From: the human T2T-CHM13v2.0 reference genome, Homo sapiens
Strand: one strand, 5' to 3'
DNA: 64,000 bases
NCBI RefSeq assembly: GCF_009914755.1
Contig: NC_060928.1
Made by a program: the position numbers and the translations under genes. Positions within the stretch are counted from its first letter, which is position 1, and each line of letters starts with the position of its first letter. Of the stretch, positions 41,590 to 54,340 are shown one piece after another. A model generated the notes under the pieces. That model saw nothing but the letters and a program-made list of their open reading frames with translations, was not told the DNA's origin and searched no databases.

Positions 41590-41844
41590 CTCACCTGCTA
41601 GTTGAGGCTCCATCAATGTACATTTAGTCTTCTGGTGAAAAGAAGCTTCATGAAGGAGGCAGGACTTGACATTTTCCTTGAAAGTGTGGAAGATTTGGAG
41701 AAAGAAGGGAAGGGTTATAAACAACCCCAGGGTAAGGGGAGAATATTAGGAAGAGAAACAAGACTGAACTATGCAGCAGAGAAGCCTGGGGAGGAAAGCC
41801 AGGAGTTTGCAGAAAGGATATGCAATGAGAAACAAACTGCACAG

Positions 41845-42773
41845 CCGGAGGGCGCCATCCCCACCAGACTCCATCCCTTCAGACACCAACTCAAGTTCGA
41901 GGGTCTCAGGACCATCTTCATACCAGCTGGTACAAAGTCAGGCGTTCCCCCACTGACACCTTCACATTTGCTAATTTGTTAGAAAGACTCACAGAACTCA
42001 CCAGAAGCTATTACAGTTGACCCTCAGTATCCATGGGGCATTGGTTCCAGGATGCCTGAAGACACCAAAATCCACTCATACTCAAGTCCCCACAGTGCTC
42101 CCGCAGAACTTGCACATACAAAAAGTCAGCCCTCTGTATCTGTGGGTTTCTTATCCTGGGAATACTGTATTCTTCATCTGCACTGGGTTATGGATGCAGA
42201 ACCTGTTGGATAGGAGGGGCCGAGCATTTGTTGAAAAAAACCCTCATGTAAATGGACTCGCAATAGAAATCCCTGTTGCTCAAATATATGCACAGTCAGG
42301 TTTATTACAGAAAAATGATACAAATTAGAACCAGCTGAAGACGATGCTGAATAGGGCAGTCTAGGAGGGATGCATACTCTAGGAGGAAGGGCTTCCAGTC
42401 ATCCTCGCCATGGAGCTATGGGCAGTTACCTCTTCTGACCATGACCCTTTGGGGACCCCCACCCAAGCCACTGGCGTCCACTTTTCCTTCTAGCTATATC
42501 ACATACTGCTCACATGACTGACCTTTGTTTTCCAGCCCTTCCTGGAAGTTTGAGCCAATACTTAATCTCCAGTTCCTCTGGAGGTTGGAGCTGATTTGGT
42601 GTGTCCCAAAGCCCCCATCATAAATCACGTTTTTAGACTGTCCTATAGCGAAGCTTCCAAGCAAAGAGACACTCATCCCAGGCAGGACATTGTAGTGACC
42701 TAGAGATCACCTCCTAGGAGCTGAGGACAAAGGCCAGACCACTCTCTGTGTGAGATTAATCCTTTATTGCACA
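41845..42773 (-). mobile_element. MER21-family LTR interrupted by MER2B
   Basis: ttcagacaccaactcaagttc..actcacagaactcac / gtttattacag..aaagcccccatcataaatcac..aaaggccagacc..ctttattgcaca. Confidence 0.8.
42014..42283 (+). mobile_element. MER2B-like TcMar-Tigger MITE
   Basis: TA + cagttgaccctcagtatccatggggcattggttccagga..accaaaatccac..ctcaagtccc; right terminus missing. Confidence 0.8.
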
Positions 42774-42989
42774 GAAGAGCATAGCAGTTTAAAATGAAAG
42801 CTGTTGGTGCTGCAGAAACACTGTAATTTATTGAAACTGAAACAAGCATAATAGATACAATCTTTTAGAAAGTTGATTCTGTTGTTAGCATGTGGAGTGG
42901 AAAAAAGAAGGTGGAATTTTTGCAATAACATACGTGTGTTTACTGCAATAAGGACCCAAATAGGGAAAATGTAACAAATCTATAATGTG

Positions 42990-43060
42990 TTAAGTCTGCT
43001 TCCCGTTGTGGCTACAGCACCTAGCACAATGCCTGGCAAGTGAACAATAAGCATATTGGC
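42990..43060 (+). mobile_element. L2 3' relic
   Basis: cagcacctagcacaatgcctggca. Confidence 0.55.
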
Positions 43061-43102
43061 CACAAAGCATGTTGCTTGAATTTTCAACAAATTAGACTTC
43101 AC

Positions 43103-43414
43103 TTTTTTTTTCCACCTTTTTTTTTTTTTTCTGAGACAAAGTCTCGCTCTGTCACTCAGGCTGGAGAGCAGTAGTATGACCTTAGCTCACTGCAACCTCT
43201 GCCTCCCAAGTTCAAGAAATTCTCCTACCTCAGCCTCCCAAGTAGCTGGGATTACAGACATGCACTACCATGCCCAGCTAATATTTGTATTTTTAGTAGA
43301 GACAGGGTTTCCCCGTGTTGGCTAGGCTGGTCTCAAACTCCTGACCTCAAGAGATCCTCCTTCCTCAGCCTCCCAGAGTGCTAGGATAACAGACGTGAGC
43401 CACTGTGCCTGGCT
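43103..43414 (-). mobile_element. AluS (Sz-like)
   Basis: Reverse Alu; TSD gacttcacttttt at 43095-43107 and 43418-43430. Confidence 0.94.
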
Positions 43415-44029
43415 TGTGACTTCACTTTTTGATTGAGCTCTATGAGTATAGTGGCTTCACGGGAAGATTTTAAGAAGGTTTGGAAGTGAAGTTTTACAGA
43501 CAGCATGGGACATTGTTTTAGATACAATGAATTTAAGATAGTGAGCAATTTACTTGGAAATGTTCTGCAATCAGATGGGATTGAAGAATTCAAATATAGT
43601 TAAAAGATTAATGATAGATGTGTATTACTTGAATTACAATTATATAGCTACAGTATTGGAAATCTTGGGTGCAAATTGTTCTTCAATGACTGGGAGCATT
43701 GAAATAAGAATTAAAGAAGTTCAAGTGTAAGCAACAATTCATTTGTTTTTTTTTAAACAAGTACTTAGATGTTTTTCAATCTCATGGCAAAGTCCTTATC
43801 TCCCCTGTATATCATAAGCTTCATAGTTATTTGCAAACACAAAAGCATGTGTACAAACTATACAGACACAGACCCCCTTCCCATTGATGTGTTGTCTATT
43901 GTAGATAGAGAGGACTGAGCTCTGGAGTAAGAAAATGGAAATTAAAATTTCATTATACTATGTAGGAGAGATTGCACTTGTTTCATCTAATCTCCTTTCC
44001 ATTGCCGCCTTTCAGAGGAGTGGCTGCAT

Positions 44030-44325
44030 AACAGCCTGTGAAACGAGACAGGGACAAAGATCTCCCATGTAGTTCTGGGCAAGCTTTGGTTTTTCTGAGC
44101 TCCTTTATCTTCCTCTTCCACCACCTTCATCCTGGAATGCAGCCATTCCATAGCCATGAGGACAAGAAAGAATTTCTGAGACTTTGGAGCTGACATCGTG
44201 GAATGGGTAAATGAACCAGCACTAGCTCCTGCCTAATTTTGGACTACTCCTTATGTAAACAACAAATCTCTGTGCATTCCAAACATTTTATTTGGGTTTA
44301 CTCCCATAGCCATGAATGACATTTA
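44030..44325 (+). mobile_element. Old MLT1 (MLT1J-like) LTR relic
   Basis: gcagccatt..ccatgaggacaag..ctgacatcgtgga..gaaccagc..tggactactccttatgt. Confidence 0.5.
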
Positions 44326-44337
44326 TAATCTTGCCAA

Positions 44338-44472
44338 CTCAGATTCCTCATTAGGAAAATGTAGATTATCTTAATAACACCTAACTACTACTGAGGCAGT
44401 AAGGAGTGAATTATGTTTATGAAAACTGCTTTGCAAATTGTAAAATGCTGTACAAATGTTAGTTGTTATTGC
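44338..44472 (+). mobile_element. MIRc/MIR3 fragment
   Basis: ctcagattcctcattaggaaaatg..gctttgcaaattgtaaaatgctgtacaaatgttagttgttatt. Confidence 0.7.
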
Positions 44473-45372
44473 TCATAAAATCCTGTGTGCCCTTTCTCCA
44501 CATCCAATTATAAAGCTTGATGAAAATGGTTGAAGTGGTGAATACGTTTCCAGAAAGAGAAAGGAATAGTTCTTAATGAATTATTAACAGCAATTATCTT
44601 CTGTGACCATGCTTTATAGGCTTACATCTGCCTGCTGTGGTGCTATGTTCTTGGGTTCAGTCCAAGAGCACCTAGGAAGAATTTATACACACAGATGTTT
44701 TTCCCACGTTTATATGTTCTGTCACAGAATTGCTGCTGTCATTTCTGTGGGAGGAGGACAGTGTGTAGATTATGTGATGAAACTGGATGTTCTTAAAGGA
44801 AGTATGCAAAAGGTGAAATCGCGACATTGGGGTTGTTTTTTGTTTCTTTTTGAAAATGAGAAAGGTTGCCACACCGCAAATTCATACACTTATCTTCTCC
44901 AAGCCAAATAAGAACACGAATGTCTACATTGAAGTTTATTTAAGGCAAGCAAACTATAATAATAAGATGGCAAAGTGCGTAGTTCATTTGCTAGCCTGAG
45001 GCCATTATTTAATAATCCAGGGTTCATCCGCAGATATCAGGCGTTGCGGAGAAAATGTTAGGTGTTCACTTTCCTCACGATAAATGTGTGCAACTGGGGC
45101 TACAGTTTGGAATCTTTCATTTAATTATCATGGAATTTCAAGTGCACATTGAGCGATTCCTGGTGAGCCTCCGTATACCAGCCTTATGTCCCCATATTAT
45201 AAACTCCAAGCAAGCACTCAGACAGTTAGTGGCTGATTGAATTCTGTATTGTGCAGGGCCTTAAAATCTGAAAGGCACTCCTTACTGTCCCCAGACCTTG
45301 GATGGATTCTAGGTTCCTTTCAAGGAGGTAGAGGTAGACCTCCAGCAAAGTTGTGCTTTATAATCTGCTGCT

Positions 45373-45658
45373 GGCCAGGTGCAGTGGCTCATGCCTGTAA
45401 TCCTAGCACTCTGGGAGGCCGAGGCAGGCAGATCACTTGAGACCAGAGTTCGAGACCAGCCTGGGCAACCTGGTTATTATATATTTTGGTGAAACCCCGT
45501 TTCTACAAAATATACAAAACTTAGCTGGGCCTGTAGTCCCAGATATTCGGGCTTGAACCGAGGAGGTTGAGGCTCAGTGAGGCATGATCATGCCATTGCA
45601 ATCCAGCCTGGGCCACAGAGCAAGATCCTGTCTCAAGAAAACAACAAATAAAATAAAT
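45373..45658 (+). mobile_element. AluJ with internal insertion and deletions
   Basis: Alu arms recognisable; 12-nt AT insert between duplicated tggt (45471-45490); two deletions in the right arm. Confidence 0.9.
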
Positions 45659-45693
45659 ATAACCTACGCTAATCAACCTCAGGAGTTGTGGAA

Positions 45694-45795
45694 CAGGGCG
45701 GAGACAGGGGTGAGGTGAGTGAGATACAAAATATAAGGGGGCATTTTTCTGTCTGAGGCACGTTCTTCATTTGCCTTACCCTTGTTTTAGCCCTG
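45694..45795. mobile_element. MER96-like hAT-Tip100 MITE
   Basis: Inverted ends cagggc..gggtgaggtgagtgag and ttcatttgccttaccct..gccctg; internal caaaatataagggg. Confidence 0.7.
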
Positions 45796-46179
45796 CTGGG
45801 AAAGAGAACTTTCATCTCTTACCAGAGAAAAATGCAAATCCTCTATATTCCTTTACTGTATGGCTGAATGTTCATCAATAGAATGAGCTTCCTTAGTGTT
45901 AAAGAAATGGCCAGTGGGCTTCTTTCTTTCTCACCTGGCTTCATGTAGCCTCAGTCCTCCTTCCTGGATCTTACTCTAGAGTATCTGGGTGTGATGTGGA
46001 GTATAGCAGTACAGTGTGAGTATCATAAACTCTAGATACCCTCCCCGCCGAGTTCCTCCTGCTCATTACAGCCTTGTGCCAGCTTTTAAAACATCCTTCC
46101 AAGTATCTTCGCCCACTTTCTAACAAATGATGAATGACGGGCCCACACCTACCTTGCTGATTCTTCCTTTATTAAGCCT

Positions 46180-46402
46180 ATATTCATTAAACACCTACTC
46201 ATGTACTCATTCGTTGCCATCTTATTTAGTTCCTCTTTTGTGCCAAGCACTTTTCATGGAACCGCGGATACAGAATGAAATAAGCTGTCATTAAAATTAC
46301 CTTCATTGTGGTGATAGACAAAATCAGGAAATAAACAAATATTAAGTACTAGGAAGAAATGTGAAACAGAGTAAGGAAATAAAGTAATGGGGTGAGAGGG
46401 TT
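46180..46402 (-). mobile_element. L2 relic
   Basis: tgtgccaagcactttt..ggatacag..tagacaaaatcaggaaataaac..aaacagagtaagg. Confidence 0.65.
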
Positions 46403-46904
46403 TCTTTCATATCAGTCACTTCATCTCTTTTTTCAGTGTCAATATATTCTTGATATTTAAACAGAATTCCTGACACCATTGTGAAGTCTCAAATTATGAC
46501 TGGAATACAGATGATGGTTTTGGTATTGACTGGATTTGCTCAATAGCTTAGTAACCTTCTCCAACATGTGGGAATCAGATAACCCTGATTCATAGTTCTA
46601 TTATAAGCTTGCTATGCATCATGTCATTAATCCCCTCAACAACAATTCAAATTGCAAAATAATATTATTTTGGACATTGGAGGTAATCCACCAACAGTGA
46701 AAACTGCCAGGGTTGACTTTCTGTCATGTATTGTAATATTGTCTTCTAGTATCAATGTTTTCATGTATTGTCAGTTATTGCAATATTGTGAATATCGTCA
46801 TACATTGTCAATATCCCAAACGACTTGATGCCAGTCATCCCACCAATGCCCCTAAGCTTTACGCTTCAATGCTTGGTATTTCAGCGGCTTGTTTCCTCTT
46901 ATGA

Positions 46905-48110
<1,206 letters not shown>

Positions 48111-48399
48111 GAATGCTGCTGATGTACCTAGTTGACCGGGAATTTTCTCCATGCAAGGTTGGATTATTAGTGTCTTCTACACAAACCTGGACATTGGTGC
48201 TGGTTTCTTAATTTTGGTAATCTTTTCAGGAGTATTCAGAAAGTATTTTCGAATCTGAGCAATTACTTAGAGATTTCTCATGCGGGGAATCCATTGGTTC
48301 AGAAATTCCAGCCTACAATTTGAGTGACCTCACAGGAACAGTACCATTCTTAGATTCAACCAGAAGTTCTAGAAAATCTAATACAAGATACATACAGTT

Positions 48400-48617
48400 C
48401 AGGAGTATCCAATTTTTTGGTTTCCCTGAGCCACATTGGAAGAAGGATTGTCTTGAGCCACACATAAAATACACTAACACTAATGAGAGCTGATAAACTT
48501 TTAAAAATCACAAAAAAATTCTCATAATGTTTTTAAAAAGTTTACGAATTTGCGTTGGGCTGCATTCAAAGCCAACCTGGGCCACCTGTGGCCCAAAGCC
48601 ACGGATTAGACAAGCTT
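48400..48617. mobile_element. MER30 hAT-Charlie element
   Basis: caggagtatccaattttttggtttccctgagccacattggaagaag..gcattcaaagcc..gacaagctt. Confidence 0.88.
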
Positions 48618-48869
48618 TATATCATGTTTTAAGTATGATGTAGTGTTTGTGAGATTGTATCCCATAGTCTTTAGTTCTTTGCTTCCTGAATTTTCAGTAA
48701 ATATCAGACTGCAGTATCATCGAAAGTCTGGAAACCCTTCTAATTTACCTTCCCTCTTATGCCTTTATGGATCTATCCTTGTTTAAAGGTGACTCCCTCT
48801 GGCATAAACACCAAATATATTCCTCTACCCCCAGGAGCCATTTCCCACTTCCTGGTTCTGTGTATTTGA

Positions 48870-49169
<300 letters not shown>

Positions 49170-51757
49170 TATTTGACTTTCGATGCTTAAATTTTAAGTA
49201 TTTTTTCCATTACTTAATGAATCATATTTTGCTTTCACAAAAAGAAAGGTGTTGTTGATGATGTTTCTCTTATTCTAATACTGAGGATCTTAAAAAAAAT
49301 GCTAAGCCCACAGAAACACCACTAGCTTTTCTTTGCTCTTACCTTCTTGCTCATGTACCTGAATTCCATGTATAAATTGCCCCTTTTTTGTTTCACTTTT
49401 ATGTCTTGTTATATAGTGTGATTATATTCCTCAAATGTATTATCTGACTTATGCATATAAAGCAATGATACGGTGATATAATGACCATATCTATGATATA
49501 ATGATATACATTATAAGCAGAAGTCATAAATATTAGCATGTCATTGCTTAAATTATGCAATAGTTAGTGCTAATGATAAAAAAATTGCATTAGCCAGTAT
49601 TTGGTTCAAAAGGTATATACTTGTTCTCATCAACAAAGCATATTGGTTCTCAACTGCAGGCCACCCTCATGCATAAAGAGCACCTGCTCACCCTCCACAC
49701 TGAAAACGTTGGCATAGCCTGACCATTTCCCCTTCAGTGCATTCTCTTTTTAGGGTCCATTAATTATCTTCTAAGAATAGGATCACTTTTATAAGGTCTA
49801 AAGTCAAAAGGCCTGTCTTCTACATATTTGATCCACTCTTTCCTCAATCCCGCTCTGTACTCGTGTGTTCTATTCTCCGTTCGGAAGTCTCTCATCATGA
49901 GTTCATATTTTTAAAAATGTTCCTGTAGTATAGATTAGATGAGTCCCTCAAATCCTCACCTAACACTTTCTTGCAGTATTAATCTGACTAATTTCTGACA
50001 CTAGAGAATTAAGAAATTGTTTCAGAAATGTTACATCTTGGCTTTCTTTTGCAAGTTCATAATCAATCCAGACAAAGCATTTCTCCCAGACTGTGATGCC
50101 AAGGAGTAGAGCTAGACACATTGAATTTCTGTAGAAATGTTATGATAAATGCTCCTCCTGCCTCCCTGTCCTCATTTTAAAAATAGTTATGTAATAGACT
50201 CTAAGGCCACTCTCAACACTAATATATATTTTCATGATTTAATTTAATTTACATATATTAAAAGAAAATGGAAATGCATTTATTGTGCCATCTCCACAGA
50301 TACGTTAAAACTTTCTTAACGTGATTTCTCATCTCCAAAATTTTAGTTTGTTTTTTTCATCCTTAAAAAACACATGTGACCAAATGCTATATAAATACTT
50401 TTCACTGCTCATGTCAAAAGTTTCTTGGCAGTCATTTTCTTATAACAGTTTAGAATACTGTGTTTGGAGGACCTATTCAGAAGGATTTACGGTTTAATGT
50501 ACTATAATAATAATATAGTATACATCATACAATATCTATAAAAGAAGTAGTATCTGAGGCCAATTAATGCTGGCGTTGCACTATAAAATGTGGTTTTATC
50601 ATAATCACAGTCATAATCACAGCCTATTAAAGTACACATCATCCAAATCTCATTTCCAAATTGTTTCATGTCACAAGAAATAAATTTATTATGCAGAAGT
50701 GTTATTTTATGTGCTCATGTTCATTAGATTCCATTTCATTGGTAGATAGAGTCATGGGTTATTGGTTTGATGGTTTATTTTTAAATAAAATGTACTTTTT
50801 CAAAAAAGAGAATATTTTTAAATTTTTCATATTTTTTCTAGACATCCACTGACAATTTTAAAAAGTTCTATCAATGATCTATATTAATAATACATGGCCT
50901 AAATATTTCAATGGAAGAAAACAGATCAAAATACTAGTCTCTTTTTAGCTATGGAAAATTTAAAGATGTGTTTAAATAAACAAAGTAACTAAACCCTCAA
51001 TCCAGTGCCAACAAGGCATTCTGACAACAATGTCCCCCACAGCCCAGAGTCACATCGTGAGAAAATAGCCAGCGAATATAACCTGATCCCCCGACCCTCG
51101 TCACTGCTTTGTGATCAGATCTTACTATGCAGTGAAAGAAACAATGCTATTATTACTTCTCATGAAGTGTCTTGTTTTTATTTCTCTTGTAATTTATCTT
51201 CAATTGAACTGATATTGATTTCGTGGGGGAAAATTGCATAATCTCCAAGGAGATTTCTAAAGGCTAATCTTAGTTTGTGCTTTATTTTTTTCCATAGGTT
51301 TATTCTTGCCAGTGATTTATCTACCTAATAACATTATAGATAAAACCTGATCTTTCCATTTATTTCTTCAAGAGCTGTTCATGTTTGAGCACGCTTTGTC
51401 CTTAATTGCCTGGGGATTTTTCGATAGCCCTGTCTTTAGTGGTCTGAAACAAGTTGCAATATAAGTAATTAAGGCACTGCGCAACAGAATCTACAAATTG
51501 CTGTTTAGCTTCCATGTGTGATATTTAACTAATTGTTCATTGCTGTGCAAACCTTTAACTTCATAGATGTCATGAATTTAAAGTGAATAAACATTGCTTT
51601 TCTATTTATTAAAATAGTGTAGTGTAATAGTGAATACTAAAGCTTCCAGGTACTTTAAAATACCATCTTCCACTGTCTGCTGTGCAGTTTAATTTCAGAC
51701 TGTTGAGGTTATCAATCATTCCTTAGAAAACTGTAAAATACGCTTGACTTCTACAGA

Positions 51758-51915
51758 GAGGCTATAGGATGCAGTGAAAATTGAGTTGCCAGGGAGTAAG
51801 AGAATTGGACTCTAGATCATCTCTGCCTAGCGGTGCTCCCTTTTCTTCTGTGGTTTTGCTACCTCACCAGAAAAATTAGGTATTGCATTAAATGACTGTA
51901 AATGGACTTTCCAAC
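51758..51915 (+). mobile_element. MIR3-like relic
   Basis: gaggctataggatgcagtgaaaa..gggagtaagaga..attaaatgactgtaaatggactttccaac. Confidence 0.45.
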
Positions 51916-52906
51916 AGAGTGTCTTTCTGGGGGGCTAAAGAGATTTTATGTGGAGTGCAATCAATGTCTGGAAACAAAAATGAGAGCTAAAATATGTACT
52001 ATGCTACCTAGGAGAAATTTCATGCAAAGTTTTAGATTAGATGTTTCTTTCCCCCTTAAATATAGACACATCAGTAATCTCTTCCTGAGCTTGAATATTA
52101 TATTCTTGGCTAATCTGGCAACTGCTGGTGAAGGGAATAATTTTGTTTGCTGTAGAAGAAAGAAAGGCTCCACTGAAAACATATTCAGGAAGTGGGATGC
52201 ATGACTGCGTTTTTCCTAAGTTCACATGAGGCATTGTGAACTTTATTTGTGCCTGCTATTTATTTTGTATGGTCGTTATTTCCCTTGATATTTTGTTTGC
52301 AGCTTTTTCCCCTCTACGGTTTGATGCCTGCGATAATAACAATGCCCCTGCAAAACAAATCCACAATGAGTAAATAGCAATGGTTCTTCTAACCCTCTCT
52401 CAAAGAAGAATTTGATCCCTTGCCAGGCATTTTCTGTTTCCCTAGGCCTTTAAAATGACCTTAATTTGCAGACATAATCTGGCATCGTTGTCGCCTGTAA
52501 CAGAGATGTCAATATTAGAAGTTTGAATCCTGGAATGATCACAAGTGGGATTATTTAATTCCTAAGAAGGCTGGCAGTTGAGGGCAAGAAAGATGCATTT
52601 GGAACAATCTCCAAGGGTTTTTTGTTTTTGTCTTTGGTTTCCAACTAGAAAAGGAAAACAGAGATTCAAATCCTAAGCAGACTTTTCAAAAGACAGGCTT
52701 CTTCCAAGCAGTAAGAAAATACTATTTCTATTCAAAGACACTTGAAGCTTGTGTTCCTTCATACCTGCCTGGGGTGCTGAGTTTGCAGAGCCTTTCTGCA
52801 GACACCTGAGGTTTTTATCAATGAGAATCATGAAGCTTTGGAGAAATAATATACAATAAAAGAGCAATAACTGCTCTTATTAGGCTCTTTCAAGCCATCT
52901 GGTGTG

Positions 52907-52930
52907 ATTTTTTTTTTTTTTTTTTTTTTT
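52907..52930. repeat. Poly-T tract
   Basis: About 23 consecutive T. Confidence 0.95.
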
Positions 52931-53016
52931 GCACTTTCACGGACAAAAAATTTTGTTGATAAAATTGCCACTGAATTGTAAGTCATGCATCCTTATTGGA
53001 AGGCTGATTCTTTGCA

Positions 53017-53030
53017 CCACTAGGTGGCAG
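53017..53030 (+). promoter_or_regulatory. CTCF core motif CCACTAGGTGGCAG
   Basis: 14/14 match to the degenerate core CCASYAGRKGGCRS, in unique sequence. Confidence 0.7.
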
Positions 53031-53787
53031 TGTAGTCACGTACTTATGGTTATTCATCTGCCAGCTCCTAAATAACAGGGCTTCCGGCTTCAGTGTTAGG
53101 TTTCCAAGCCTCTCGTGCATCCTAATATCCATGTCTCCTTTATTCAAAGGACAAGCATATCTGTACTTAAGTGATTTACTCTGTACATCAAGCTCTGTGA
53201 AATTTGCACTTATGTTTTGCTTTTATTTTCAAAGAAAACACTTGAATACATTTTCAACAAAATATTACAAGTATCATGCTGATCTTCAACTAATTATTTT
53301 TTTATTTAAAATGTTCGGTATGAAAATGTTTTTATGAGCACATGAAAAATAGAAAGCTTGAGAGATGTAGTTTAAAAAATATTATTCTAAACTCACAAAA
53401 GTAAAGCTTTGATCTGTCTCTTGAATTATTTAAAAAAGAATAAATGAGCATATATAATTCAAATCTTGGAGTACTATCAAGGGCATCACTATGGGAATTA
53501 TCTAATGTATTTATTTAAAATATTTTCTACAGTAGACTTTCCAGAAATAATGATGCTTAGAAGAGGACACTTTTAGTGTTATAATTTTAGTTTGGAATAA
53601 TTTATGCAAATAATATAGAGTGTTCTCTAGAAATATCCTAGTTTCTTAAGGAATGATGTAGTCTCTTGGATTCTTATATAGAGAAGCTTGTGGTATCTTG
53701 TTTCGTATATTTTTGGCAAACTGCCACATTCCGGGATGTCTTTATCACCTTGTTTGACCCACAAAGTGCAGTATCTGCAATGTGGAC

Positions 53788-53808
53788 AAAAAAAAAAAAA
53801 AAAAAAAA
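53788..53808. repeat. Poly-A tract
   Basis: About 21 consecutive A. Confidence 0.95.
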
Positions 53809-53983
53809 TCAATAAAATTATTTCCTGCTTCTCATCACTTTCTTTGTTCTAAAAGAAAAGAAAATCCAAGCCCTAGTAGATAAACATTATCTGACCAAAC
53901 TCTTTTGCATATGTCTTATCTAAACTTTCTTCTGTATTTGGCTGCCTATACAGTCTTACTCTAATATTTTCTAGAGAAACTGG

Positions 53984-54340
53984 TGTTACCAAAATGCCGG
54001 GGGTTTGGTCTAGGTCTCCTTGCTTGCCACAAAGAAAGCCAATCACTAAGACAAGGAAGATTGCCAGGGAAGACTTTATTCAGGTGCTGCAGCCAAAGAG
54101 ACAGGAGATAAGTTTCAAATCTGTCTCCTCAACCAACTAAAGTTGGGGGGTTTATATATCAGGGAAGGAATGTAGCTACCTGCAGGGAAAAAATCAATTA
54201 GGGAGGAGTAAGGAAGTAATCAAGGTGGATGAGGGGCCCGGCATCTCATTTTCTGGATGTAGTCATCTGGTGAGTTTCAGTCCCTTGCCTGAAAGTTGGT
54301 TTTAAGACAGGGAGGGTCAATTTCTATGTTATTAAAAAAC
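53984..54340 (-). mobile_element. LOR1-like ERV1 LTR (partial)
   Basis: tgttacc..ggtctaggtc..agaaagccaatcact..ttgccagggaag..gggagggtcaatttctatgtt. Confidence 0.8.

Noticed and set aside
50599-50622. 12-bp tandem duplication tcataatcacag x2
   Set aside because: Ordinary slippage event.
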